In this document: positions 36,401 to 55,054 of the stretch, piece by piece
How positions within the stretch are numbered: position 1 is the first letter of the stretch
How the letters are laid out: each line of letters begins with the position of its first letter
Notes under the pieces: generated by a model
The model's database searches: none
Seen by the model: the letters and a program-made list of their open reading frames with translations, nothing else
Told to the model about the DNA's origin: nothing
Source of the DNA: Macrostomum lignano
Taxonomy: Eukaryota
NCBI GenBank assembly: GCA_002269645.1
Contig: NIVC01000010.1
Location: 62,001 to 126,000, forward strand
Length of the DNA stretch: 64,000 nt
Direction: 5' to 3'
Translations under genes and position numbers: made by a program

Positions 36401-39400
36401 ATCGATAATATCCCTATTTGAAATCCCATCGATAATATCATTTTTTGAAATCCCATCGATAATATCCCTATTTGAAATCCCATCGATAATATCATTTTTT
36501 GAAATCCCATCGATAATATCCCTATTTGAAATCCCATCGATAATATCATTTTTTGAAATCCCATCGATAATATCCCTATTTGAAATCCCATCGATAATAT
36601 CCCTATTTGAAATCCCATCGATAATGTCCATATTTGAAATCCCATCGATAATATCCCTATCTGAAATCCCATCGATAATATTCCTATCTGAAATCCCATC
36701 GATAATATTCCTATCTGAAATCCCATCGATAATATCCCTATTTGAATTCGCCTTGATCCAGGTCCCGTTGCCTGGAGCCGGAGACGCCGGTCAATCAAAT
36801 CCCACCCGAGGAGCAGTGCACCAGATGCGGCAGCCCAATATTTAGCATGCACCTGGTCTGCCTAGAATGCGGCTACAGTCTCTGTCTGACGTGCTCAAAT
36901 TCCCTAGCTAACTATCCCGACCAGCAGCCTCAGCAGCCGCAGCAATTCAGCGAGGACTGCCCCTCTTGGCGGCACTGCCCAGACCGCATGAAACCAGTTT
37001 GCCTTATGCCGCCGGACTATCTGGCTAATCTGGCTCGAGCTGCCGATCAGTTAGCAGAGGATTTGGTGTCTAAAAATCCTCATTCCGACCCGGGGGCCAC
37101 TGATGAAGCTGGCAATGCTGACAGCAGCAAGCCTGGGGATTGCGCTGTGCGATTGTCCGTGCCTTTAGCCTCGCTTGCCGACTTTCGAACTCGTTGGATT
37201 AAGCGGCTGCCGATTGTGCTAACAGGATGCCTGAAGCCTGCCAACAGCGGTGCCGAGTAAGTAAGAGGGACATCTCGTACTTTATTAACTGGTACAAATA
37301 TATAAAGAGCAGATACACCTGACAGGGAAAGAGGAGGTGCACAGGGAGAGGGGAAGAGGGGTGCACAGGGAGAGAGGGGAAGAGGGTGTGCACAGGGAGA
37401 AAGGAAGAGGGAGTGCACAGGGAGAGGGGAAGAGGGGTGCACAGGGAGAGAGGGGTAGAGGGTGTGCACAGGGAGAGGGGAAGAGGGGGTGCACAGGGAG
37501 AGGGGAAGAGGGGGTGCACAGGGAGAGGGGAAGAGGGAGTGCACAGGGAGAGGGGAAGAGGGGTGCACAGGGAGAGAGGGGAAGAGGAGGTGAACAAGGA
37601 GAGAGGGCAAGAGAGAGTGCACAGGGAGAGGGGAAGGAGTGCACAGGGAGAGGGGAAGAGGGGTGCACAGGGAGAGGGGAAGAGGGGGTGCACAGGGAGA
37701 GGGGAAGAGGGGGTGCACAGGGAGAGGGGAAGAGGGGGTGCACAGGGAGAGGGAAAGAGGGGTGCACAGGGAGAGAGGGGAAGAGGAGGTGAACAAGGAG
37801 AGAGGGCAAGAGAGAGTGCACAGGGAGAGGGGAAGGAGTGCACAGGGAGAGGGGATTAGAAATTAGCCGACTAAAATTGAACTATAATATTGCTGGCACT
37901 ATGTACCGCCAACAGCAGTGGGGAGTCGCTGTGTCTCCCAAACAGCAGCGCCAGCAGCCAGCCTCGCCAGTGTTTCAACTCCGCTCTGATCGACTGCATC
38001 AGCGGCGCGCCCGTGACCCCACCTACTGGCCAGACAGCCGAGACCACGTTCTGGTGCCACAGCTCTAACGAGGAGGCCGGCACAGCCGCCAGGCTGCGAC
38101 TGATACAGTGGCCAGCGCCGAGCGACGCTGAAGCCCTGCTGAAACAGCTGGTGCCCGATTATATCAGGTTGGTTGCTAGGGCTCCAGTAGGTTAATGACC
38201 GACTGCTTAAGTAGCTTTATGACCCTGACTCACCCCAGTAGCTTTATGACCCCGACTGACCCCAGTAGCTTTATGACCCCGACTCACCCCAGTGACCCCA
38301 GTAGCTTTATGACCCTGACTCACCCCAGTAGCTTTATGACCCCGACTGACCCCAGTAGCTTTATGACCCCGACTCACCCCAGTGACCCCAGTAGCTTTAT
38401 GACCCTGACTCACCCCAGTAGCTTTATGACCCCGACTGACCCCAGTAGCTTTATGACCCCGACTCACCCCAGTAGCTTTATGACCCCGACTGACCCCAGT
38501 AGCTTTATGACCCCGACTCACCCCAGTGACCCCAGTAGCTTTATGACCCTGACTCACCCCAGTAGCTTTATGACCCCGACTCACTCCAGTAGCTTTATGA
38601 CCCCGACTCACCCCAGTAGCTTTATGACCCCGACTCACCCCAGTAGCTTTATGACCCCGACTCACCCCAGTAGCTTTATGACCCCGACTCACCCCAGTAG
38701 CTTTATGACCCCGACTCACCCCAGTAGCTTTATGACCTCGACTCACCCCAATAGCTTTATGACCCCGACTCACCCCAGTAGCTTTATGACCACGACTCAC
38801 CCCAATAGCTTTATGACCCCGACTGACCCCAGTAGCTTTATGACCCCGACTCACCCCAGTGACCCCAGTAGCTTTATGACCCTGACTCACCCCAGTAGCT
38901 TTATGACCCCGACTGACCCCAGTAGCTTTATGACCCCGACTCACCCCAGTGACCCCAGTAGCTTTATGACCCTGACTCACCCCAGTAGCTTTATGACCCC
39001 GACTCACTCCAGTAGCTTTATGACCCCGACTCACCCCAGTAGCTTTATGACCCCGACTCACCCCAGTAGCTTTATGACCCCGACTCACCCCAGTAGCTTT
39101 ATGACCCCGACTCACCCCAATAGCTTTATGACCCCGACTCACCCCAGTAGCTTTATGACCACGACTCACCCCAATAGCTTTATGACCCCGACTCACCCCA
39201 GTAGCTTTATGACCCCGACTCACCCCAATAGCTTTATGACCCCGACTAACCCCGTCGGATTTATGAATTGGTAGCTTCAGTATTAGTACCTTTACTAACG
39301 GTGTGGACAGAAAACCTAGCAGAGATAAGTGGCCCATCTAAATTAATGGCTTCATAAACAAAGTACCCATGCTACCACACGCCAACCACCACCGACATCT

Positions 39401-41822
39401 GCCCAGTCCGCATGGCTGCTTCAACATGGCTTTGCGCAAGTTTCAAACAGCCTCCAGATTGGTTAGTGGGCACCGCGGAAGCGACTGCTATCTGCGCATC
39501 GCCTCCCGCGACATTGTCAGTCTGGCCCTGCTGCCTCCGTCAGCCTCGAGCGTCTCGGATGACCAGCCAGTTGCAGCTGTGTGGCACGTGTTCCATAGCG
39601 AGTCACTGCGCCAGCTCAATGAACAAATATACCAGTTGGAGCTGCAGACTGTCAGGTATGACCTATCGTCTCTGACTTCGCTTCATTTAGGGACCTGACA
39701 CCTGTGATTGCTTGACATTTAGATACCTGACACCTGTAATTGCTTGATATTTAGGTACCTGACACCTGTAATTGCTTGATATTTAGGGACCTGACACCTG
39801 TAATTGCTTGATATTTAGGGACCTGACACCTGTGATTGCTTGACATTTAGATACCTGACACCTGTAATTGCTTGATATTTAGGTACCTGACACCTGTAAT
39901 TGCTTGATATTTAGGGACCTGACACCTGTAATTGCTTGATATTTAGGGACCTGACACCTGTGATTGCTTGACATTTAGATACCTGACACCTGTAATTGCT
40001 TGATATTTAGGTACCTGATACCTGTAAAATTGCTTGATATTTAGGGACCTGACACCTGTAATTGCTTGATATTTAGGGACCTGACACCTGTGATTGCTTG
40101 ATATTTAGGGACCTGACACCTGTGATTGATTGATATTTAATGACCTGACACCTGTCATAATTTAGCTCGATTTAGGGACCTGCACCTGACACCTGTCATA
40201 ATTTAGCTCGATTTAGGAACCTGACACCTGTGATTGCTTGATATTTAGGGACCTGACACCTGTAATTGCTTGATATTTAGAACCTGACACCTGTGATTGC
40301 TTGATATTTAGGGACCTGACACCTGTAATTGCTTGATATTTAGGGACCTGACACCTGTAATTGCTTGATATTTAGGTACCTGACACCTGTGATTGCTTGA
40401 TATTTAGGGACCTGACACCTGTGATTGCTTGATATTTAATGACCTGACACCTGTCATAATTTAGCTCGATTTAGGGACCTGCACCTGACACCTGTCATAA
40501 TTTAGCTCGATTTAGGAACCTGACACCTGTGATTGCTTGATATTTAGGGACCTGACACCTGTAATTGCTTGATATTTAGGGACCTGACACCTGTGATTGC
40601 TTGATATTTAGGGACCTGACACCTGTGATTGCTTGATATTTAGGGACCTGACACCTGTGATTGCTTGATATTTAGGGACCTGACACCTGTAATTGCTTGA
40701 TATTTAGGGACCTGACACCTGTGATTGCTTGATATTTAGGGACCTGACACTTGATCATAGCTGGATTTAGAGACCTAACACCTGTAACTTGACATGGATC
40801 TGATACGCCAGTTTGACCTCTTATGAGCCATTCTGCTCACCGTTTACCCCTCCCCCCCTCCTTCATACTATTCAGATATCTGGACGACTCAAGTCTGACT
40901 CGACTGGCTGGCGTAGCTCCGCTGCAGCCGCCGCCAATTGTACTGCGCCAGCGCTGCGGCGAGGCGGTGCTGCTGCCTGCGGGATGCGCCTTTCAGGTTC
41001 GCCCATGTAGTTTCTTTTGCTGGGATGACTGGGGATAGCAGATGCAGACTCGCGGATACTGATGGAGCGGAGAGGCATATTCAAGGATATTGATTGATTG
41101 GGCAGATGTGCAACCGATAGCACAGCCGCAGCTATTGCCCGGCGCATCTGAAGGCTGCGTACGGCTGTTCAGTCCAAGGACTGGGGGGTCGCCACACAGG
41201 GGTGCTTTCACAAGGTCGAAATTTCATAACATCGAAAACTCATATAGCAGCCACTTTCACAACGTCGAAAATTTAATATAACAAGAACCATACAGTAGTT
41301 TTCTACGTTGTGAAATTTCGACCTTGTGAAGTCCCTTGCTAAAGTTTTCGATCTTGTGAAAGGTGCTTTCGACGTTGTGAAATTTCGAGTTTGTGAAACC
41401 CCCCCCCGCCACACACACCTTCAATTACCCCAGCTAATGCTGGCACCCATTTTACAGCTGGGTGAACTGAAGCAATGCAGAGTTCAGTGTCTTGCTCATG
41501 GACTTGTTCGAAGTGGGTCGTGAATCGAACCCCCGACCTTTCAGTCGTGAGTCCGTCTCTCTAGCCTACTACAACCCCCTCCTCTCTCTAAGGATACTGA
41601 GTTTATCCTCATCGATATCACACACACACACCTCTTCAAACTCATTCTGTCCCGCAGTTCCGCTTCGAGATGACGGGCACCCAGGCTCAGACGGATTTCA
41701 GCAGCGCGGAGTCCATGGCGCAGTGCCTGGCCAGCAATTGGACGGGCGTGCTAGCGCACGACGACTGCCTGGAGATGAGCCTGTTCCAGCGGGTTCGCCT
41801 CTGCATTTCCAGCCTTGAGTGA
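30421..41822 (+). CDS. KDM3: KDM3/JMJD1/Hairless-family zinc-finger JmjC protein, predicted catalytically inactive, ~1023 aa
   Basis: Exons 30421-31229, 32150(or 32153)-32417, 33496-33709, 33856-34027, 34523-34849, 36762-37256, 37916-38167, 39407-39655, 40876-40996, 41658-41822 (3072 nt, phase-consistent). KDM3 hallmarks: LQGNTC..LPLCRDCRL...CRFKEFRKL...GVLTVAGF; CTRCGSPIFSMHLVCLECGYSLCLTC (C6 finger); LRLIQWP; PDYISPHGCFNMA; AAVWHVF; YLD...GEAVLLPAG; DFSSAESMAQC. Confidence 0.85.
31275..32155 (+). repeat. C-rich minisatellite, ~53-55-bp unit containing TTCACTGTCCTCAGCAG
   Basis: Fills intron 1 of the KDM3-like gene; the last unit supplies the inferred acceptor. Confidence 0.92.
32690..33350 (+). 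repeat. Minisatellite, 56-bp unit TATTAGAGTAGCTGAAGTGTCATTAGCCCACCTGGGAATGTGTATAAAGACTCAGC
   Basis: Intron 2 of the KDM3-like gene. Confidence 0.92.
34100..34462 (+). repeat. Minisatellite, 22-bp unit GAGAATCGCCACTGATCCCATT
   Basis: Intron 4 of the KDM3-like gene. Confidence 0.95.
34970..36745 (+). repeat. Minisatellite, 27-bp unit GAAATCCCATCGATAATATCCCTATTT (~65 copies)
   Basis: Intron 5 of the KDM3-like gene; ends ~16 nt before the 36762 acceptor. Confidence 0.96.
37325..37855 (+). repeat. G-rich minisatellite, ~24-27-bp unit GTGCACAGGGAGAGGGGAAGAGGG
   Basis: Intron 6 of the KDM3-like gene. Confidence 0.95.
38205..39250 (+). repeat. Minisatellite, 27-bp unit CCCAGTAGCTTTATGACCCCGACTCAC
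   Basis: Intron 7 of the KDM3-like gene. Confidence 0.96.
39685..40790 (+). repeat. Minisatellite, 32-bp unit ATTTAGGGACCTGACACCTGTAATTGCTTGAT
   Basis: Intron 8 of the KDM3-like gene. Confidence 0.96.
41089..41578 (-). mobile_element. tRNA-derived SINE, copy 3, interrupted by a MITE
   Basis: Same head, central domain and 3' region as copies 1 and 2, with a (CAAT)n-like tail. It lies in the last intron of the KDM3-like gene. Confidence 0.88.
41199..41406. mobile_element. 208-bp MITE with 9-bp TSD (Mutator-like)
   Basis: Imperfect TIRs GGGGTGCTTTCACAAGGTCGAAATTTCATAACATCGAAA and TTTCGACGTTGTGAAATTTCGAGTTTGTGAAACCCC. TSD CGCCACACA at 41190-41198 and 41407-41415. The insertion is absent from SINE copies 1 and 2. 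Confidence 0.8.
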
Positions 41823-42029
41823 CCCGGCCTCACCTGTGCGCTTGCGACCACTAAAGCTTCTCTATCGTGAGAGCTGGTGACGATATTGTGACTTTAAACA
41901 GTCCTTGCTGCTAAAGACTAACATTTGTCTACCATCATCCCAGCATTTTATTGTTTCAGAATGATTAATTATTTGATTTTTAACCGTGCTGACCTTGAGC
42001 CGTTGGGCGTCTCAACCGAAAGCCCGTAT

Positions 42030-42500
42030 CTCACCCCACTTCTCTCAGAATCTCACCCAACTTCTCTCATAATCTCACCCCAGTTCCCTCAAAATCTCAC
42101 CCTACATCCATCAGAATCTCACTCCACTTCCCTTAGAATCTCACCCTACTTCTCTTGGAATCTCACCCCACATCTATCAGATCAGAATCCCTCCCCACTT
42201 TTCTGAGAATCTCACTCCACTCCCCTTATTATCTCACCCTACTTCTCTTGGAATCTCACCCCACATCTATCAGATCAGAATCCCTCCCCACTTTTCTGAG
42301 AATCTCACTCCACTCCCCTTATTATCTCACCCTACTTCTCTTGGAATCTCACCCCACATCTATCAGAATCCCTCCCCACTTTTCTGAGAATCTCACTCCA
42401 CTCCCCTTATTATCTCACCTTACTTCTCTCATAATCTCACCCCATTTCCCTCAGAATCTCACCCCACATCTGTCAGAATCTTACCCTACTCTCACTATCT
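42030..42500 (+). repeat. Degenerate (AATCTCACCCC)-type repeat downstream of the KDM3-like stop
   Basis: Repeated AGAATCTCAC motifs with an internal block duplication (~108 bp). Confidence 0.8.
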
Positions 42501-45500
42501 CTCAGTTACATGTAGCTATTTTACATGTATGTCACCAAAGTAAAATTTTAACATGAGATCCTTAGACAACCGGTGGTTATAAAACGTGGCATTTCTTTTT
42601 TGAGGTACAAAATGAGTATCCTTATATTCTACATAATTCGTTCATTCGAGTTGGAGTGCTTATTACTCGTGTGATGATTATCATGAATCCGACAAGCCAA
42701 AAGTATGCTCAACTCAAAGCACTTGACACACATGATTTATTTCTCATTTTATACCGACCTAATTATTTTTTTGTTCATTTTTCTTTATTGATCTAGCGAC
42801 TGAAATCCATTGGTTTTTTTTGGCGAATTATTTTAGCCAGCTGCTGCAACTGCAGAACTGGGACAGCATTTACTGCTTCACTGCTTACTCGATTTTACCG
42901 CCAATTGGGTGGAATTAGCATTTGATTTGTCCCTCGACCAGCCGCACAGCAGTTTAATGAGTGTTTATTAATATGTTGAATTGATCTATATGACATTGTA
43001 TGCATTGACTAACTATGAATCTTGGCTACGTGTTGTTAAGTAGCTAAACTTGTTATTTTCAAATATAAGTGTGAGCTGTTGAAACTAATGCATTTTCATA
43101 TAAATTCGCATCTTCATTCTAGTTTGTTTATTTATTTATTCTGCATTGTACAGTCTCGTCGTTGGCTCTCGACCGACGCACTGTCTCGTTGCTATAGAAA
43201 GCACATGTACTGTACAGGTAAATGTAATGCTGTGGATTTCTGTGTCATAGATATAATTTTAGCATCCTGAGTTTGACCCAAAATGTCACCCAGCAGCTTT
43301 TGCCAGCTGAAAGCTTCATCTCGAATCCGTATTTCATTAGACGTTTACAACTTCTGTAGGTCAGAGGCTCAGCAGTGTAAAGGGTGTAGGGCATGGGCGA
43401 TGGTATTTTACTTGATTTTTGAACTCTGATGCGATCCTGAAGTAAGTGTCGAATTACTTTGACTTAGGATGCCAAATGACACTGCTTTTAACGCTTAAAA
43501 AACACGGACAGCCATGTAGATAAGCTCCTAAAAGATGAGGAACTGCACCACGCGGTTCTCGTGTGTACTGTATATTAAATTACGTGCACCTGAACACTGA
43601 ACAGATCGACACACATGCATTTACGTACAGATAGGAGGCCGATTACAACTTACATGTACATGTGCATGTACAAGAAGTTTACATATATTGCAGCTACAGT
43701 GGTAACGTCTCAACAAGGACCACTTTAGTACAACAGTGATTATATGTGGCCATGCAACAGATCGGAGTCGCTTAGGCGGCTTGAGTGAATCAGCAGGCCG
43801 GCGCGGCGATACCGGATAGCGGTCCGCTCGTCGTGATTTTACATCTAAGTTACATATAGAACAGACACTGACAAGCATTGCTTCATTCCTTTGCGGAAAA
43901 AAGTTTGATGAAGCTAAGTCAATTGTTGACGAAAAGTTGTGTAAGTTGCAGATCAAAGTCTCGCTTCAGGATCCATTTCAGCTAACTGAATGATTACAAT
44001 TGTACGTGTCAAGTAAGAAAAAATAACTGAAAAAATAACTATAGGCCCTTACTTATATGAATTTAGCTAAACCAAAAGCGAAGATAGAGAACAGAAAGTG
44101 GAAATCTGCGTAGTTTTTGGCTTCTTTTTAATGACATATCGTTTACATGTGGATGTGGCGGACTGAAACTTTCCAGCTCGGTTTATTTTATATATCTTCT
44201 TCAAACGAAACAGCTTAGCTTTTACTCGTACATAATTTCACAATTTATATCCGTTTTTTGAAAAATAATTATGTGCAAAACGCCAAAACTACATGATTGC
44301 CAAAAATTTGTCTTGCTAGAATCTAGACCCGAGGTAGGCTAAGTAGAGGCCTTAGCCCTCAGCTTAGGCCTAGCCTTAGGCTAGACCCTAACTAGGCTAT
44401 ATTAAAGTTTGACACTATGCTAAGCATTATAAACCATAATAGGCCTGGGCATTTAGTATTATCTCATATTACTCTCTCTCATAGTAAGCTTAGATGGCAA
44501 GTCTAGGGCCTAGGCTAATGGCTAATAAGGCATAGGCCTATGCAATATTAGGCCTATAAAGTTATGTTCGCCAGATGCCAGCCCATTTCAAATCCCTAAT
44601 CCTTTAAGTAAGCCTCATAAAAAACAGCCTAAGCCTAACTAGTTACTAGGCCTAAGCTAAGCCCTAACATAATCAAAAATTTTGTAGGCCTATACTAGGC
44701 CCTATGTCTATTCTATAGGCCCTTAGGCCTACTCTAAATTAACTGTTCCTTTTGCAACTAGGCTAGCTGAGCTTGTTTTTCCTTTTCTTTGCCTATTTTT
44801 ACTTCTTTGTAGGACTAGGCCTAGGGCTAGGCCCTAGCTAGACCCTAATATTCTTTTTCTTTATTTCCCCTATTTTTTGTTTATTTGCTTTCTTTGCTTT
44901 TTAGGCCTACCTTTTTGTTGCCTAGTTTAATGATTTGTTCTCAATCTCAGTTTGCCATAATTTGTTAGGCTTAAAATCAGACTGACTAAGGCCAGTAAGG
45001 GGAAGCCTAAGCTTGTTAGGCCTAATTATTATAGGCCCTATATATAATTTTATGTATAAGTTGGCTAGGCCTATACAAATATATAGCCTAGGCCTAGTGT
45101 AGTTGAAGGATTCTGATTCTGGTAAGATATTTCCATATTCAAATCTGTTAGCCCCCCCGCCCCCCCCCCCCTAAATTTTTGTTATTATTATTTTTAAAAA
45201 TGGCATTCTTTTAGTTTATAATCACCTTAAACAATGACAATCACCATTTAAAATAGTTGTAGGCCTAAGACACAAAAATTGACAATGGTTTCAAATGAAA
45301 AGAAATCAAAAGTTTACAAGCTAGCTTTGTTTATTTCAAAGGATAGTAAGATTGTTGTAGCTTATATATAGCCTTCAGTTTATAATCACCTAAATGTATA
45401 TTTCCCATTAAAATGATTGTGAACCAAAGTCCAAAGGCAAAGCTAGCTATAGGAAAGTGTGTCAAATACAACAAACAGTTGCATGCAAAAAACTGTTGCT

Positions 45501-47717
45501 CATTTCAGATCAAGGGCATCAAAATCTCCTTTCACTTTTGCATCCCTTTCACTTTTGGTTTACAATCACTTCTACATACTATAGAAATGATTGCAAACTA
45601 AAGCTGGCAATAGGCCTATTACCTTTACCTTAAGCGCATGTGCATTGTGTACAATATTAATTTTAACCTAGCTTTGCTTCACAGTCATTTCTATTTGTAG
45701 TACACATTCAAATGATCATATACCAAAGCTAATATATAAGCATTATCCAATAAACTGCACTTTTAACTTTGTTTATTTTTTTGTTTTTTTTTAGTTTTCT
45801 AGTTTTGAACACACCATTTTTGTGCTGCAATTGAGCAAAATATAAGCTAAGATGATCGTAAACTGAAACTGGCAAAATAGAAAGTGATTGTAAACCAAAT
45901 AAATGCTCAAAATGTTATAATATGAACTAGCCTAGAATCCAACTGAGATCTCAATCTCAAAATTTCAAGACTTTGCCTTTTGGGTCATTTTGAGAAATTC
46001 TTAAAATTTTGAAAATTGGCTTAGAATTTGAAAACTGTCGAGTGAGATAGAATTCAATACAGAATGTGTAAAAGTATTGTGAAGTGCTAAATAAAAAACA
46101 AATAATTCATTGTCTAATGCATAATTAGCACTTTTTTGTTTGCCAGTATATTGATGGCTTTTTAATTAAAATTTCAACATTGAACATTGAAACAAACATC
46201 AACATAAAAACATCAACATTGTGTCTATACAAAACAGATTCAAATACAAGTTTTACCAATATTTTTTAAAGGGAAAATACAGGTTTTTGTGTTTGTGTTT
46301 TTTGCAAAAAAAGTTCTAGCACATGGCACAATCAAACTATTTTGATAGGATTTGTTCTGGCATAGGTGTGCCATGATCCTGACTATGGCTTACATGGTAG
46401 GCCATTACTAACTTTCAACCTATTTATGTATCTTACAATGGCATAGCCAGAGTTAATGGCTAACTTTTGCATATTGCTGCATATATATTATAATTGTGAT
46501 AGCACATGTGAGCCATTTCTTTTGTACAAGGCCCTATTATCTACTTATAATATAGGCTAAATTTTATATATTTCTTATTACAAATACTATTCTTCCTATA
46601 CAAATTTACAATTGTAGCCAGATCTCTAATCGCAATTCTTAATCAATATATTCTTGATCTCAAATTTTTAATAAAATTCTTACTCAATCTTGCTCAAAAA
46701 AGTCTGATCTTGGTTGCACTCTTAGTCTTAAGCATAATAGGGCCCATAACTAGTTTATTTATTATACTGCACTAATTTGCATTAATTTATAATTGCCTCA
46801 TATTGTATAGTGCCTTTTTAAACTAGTAGGGCCTAATGGTTAGAGTTCCAGTTCCAGAACCCATTTTCTAATGGCTATAGTAGTCTTCTTCTGGCAGTTA
46901 TCTTTTTATGAAATCTATTATAAGAAAAATTATATATTATTTTTTACATATATTATATATATATATTATATATTATATATTATTAGAAATATATTGTTTT
47001 GAATCTCATCATTTTGTTTTGATCTTATCTTAAACAAGATCTCAATATCAACTATCCATTAAAAATAATATGTTTCTGCTATATTATACCCATAAATTGC
47101 TTTACTGGAATACCACTGGTGGATCCATAGCTGTTAAAAAAAGGGTTCTAGTGCTAAAACTCTATCTAGCCATTGCTTTTTAAACCTGGCATCACAGATT
47201 TAAATTTCAAATTTATTTTAATATAAATTTTGATAATTGATTTGCTACTTTACTACTAATTAATACTTTTATACTGCTTACTTGAATATGTCACAAGATA
47301 TTGTTTTTTATTTACAAATATATCATTAACTGTATGATAATCAAAAATGGAAGAAAAAAACATTGAATGCCTAGAAACTTAAAAATCTGTAATTTTCTGA
47401 TCCTAGGATTGAATCCCAAGGATTGCAAAAAAACTGGGATTTTGCAATCCCTATCCTATATATTCAATATTAAAAAAGTGGCCCACATTTATTTGAAGTT
47501 TTTTTTCTTATTTAATTTAGAAATTTAGAAAAAGATTTATTTTTTTCTCTTATGATTAACACAATTTTTACCTTTAACTTGCAGAATAGGGGGAATTTAA
47601 TTTTGACTCAACATCTAAATTTAAAGCATCTCATTGAAGCTTTGAATCAGATTTTCTTTGAACAAGAAATTGATCTGCAACAGAAGCTCTGGACTGATTG
47701 AAGCCACTAATTGAACC

Positions 47718-54982
<7,265 letters not shown>

Positions 54983-55054
54983 AAAAGCTGTCTGACTATG
55001 CGATTGATTCATATTTTGCTATCAACTCTCTCAAACCTATTTGATCTCATCACC

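Noticed and set aside
34942-36852. 636-aa, 516-aa and 477-aa ORFs over the 27-bp array
   Set aside because: They are stop-free translations of a 27-bp (multiple of 3) minisatellite lying inside a phase-consistent intron of the KDM3-like gene.
38181-38215. Idea that the 27-bp array derives from the exon-7 donor site
   Set aside because: The donor that preserves phase and the KDM3 alignment (PDYI-S-PHG) is at 38168. The similar sequence downstream is just a degenerate first repeat unit.
47403-47452. TAGGATTG...CAATCCCTA mini inverted repeat as a hAT MITE
   Set aside because: About 50 bp only, with no clear TSD and no second copy in the window; insufficient support.
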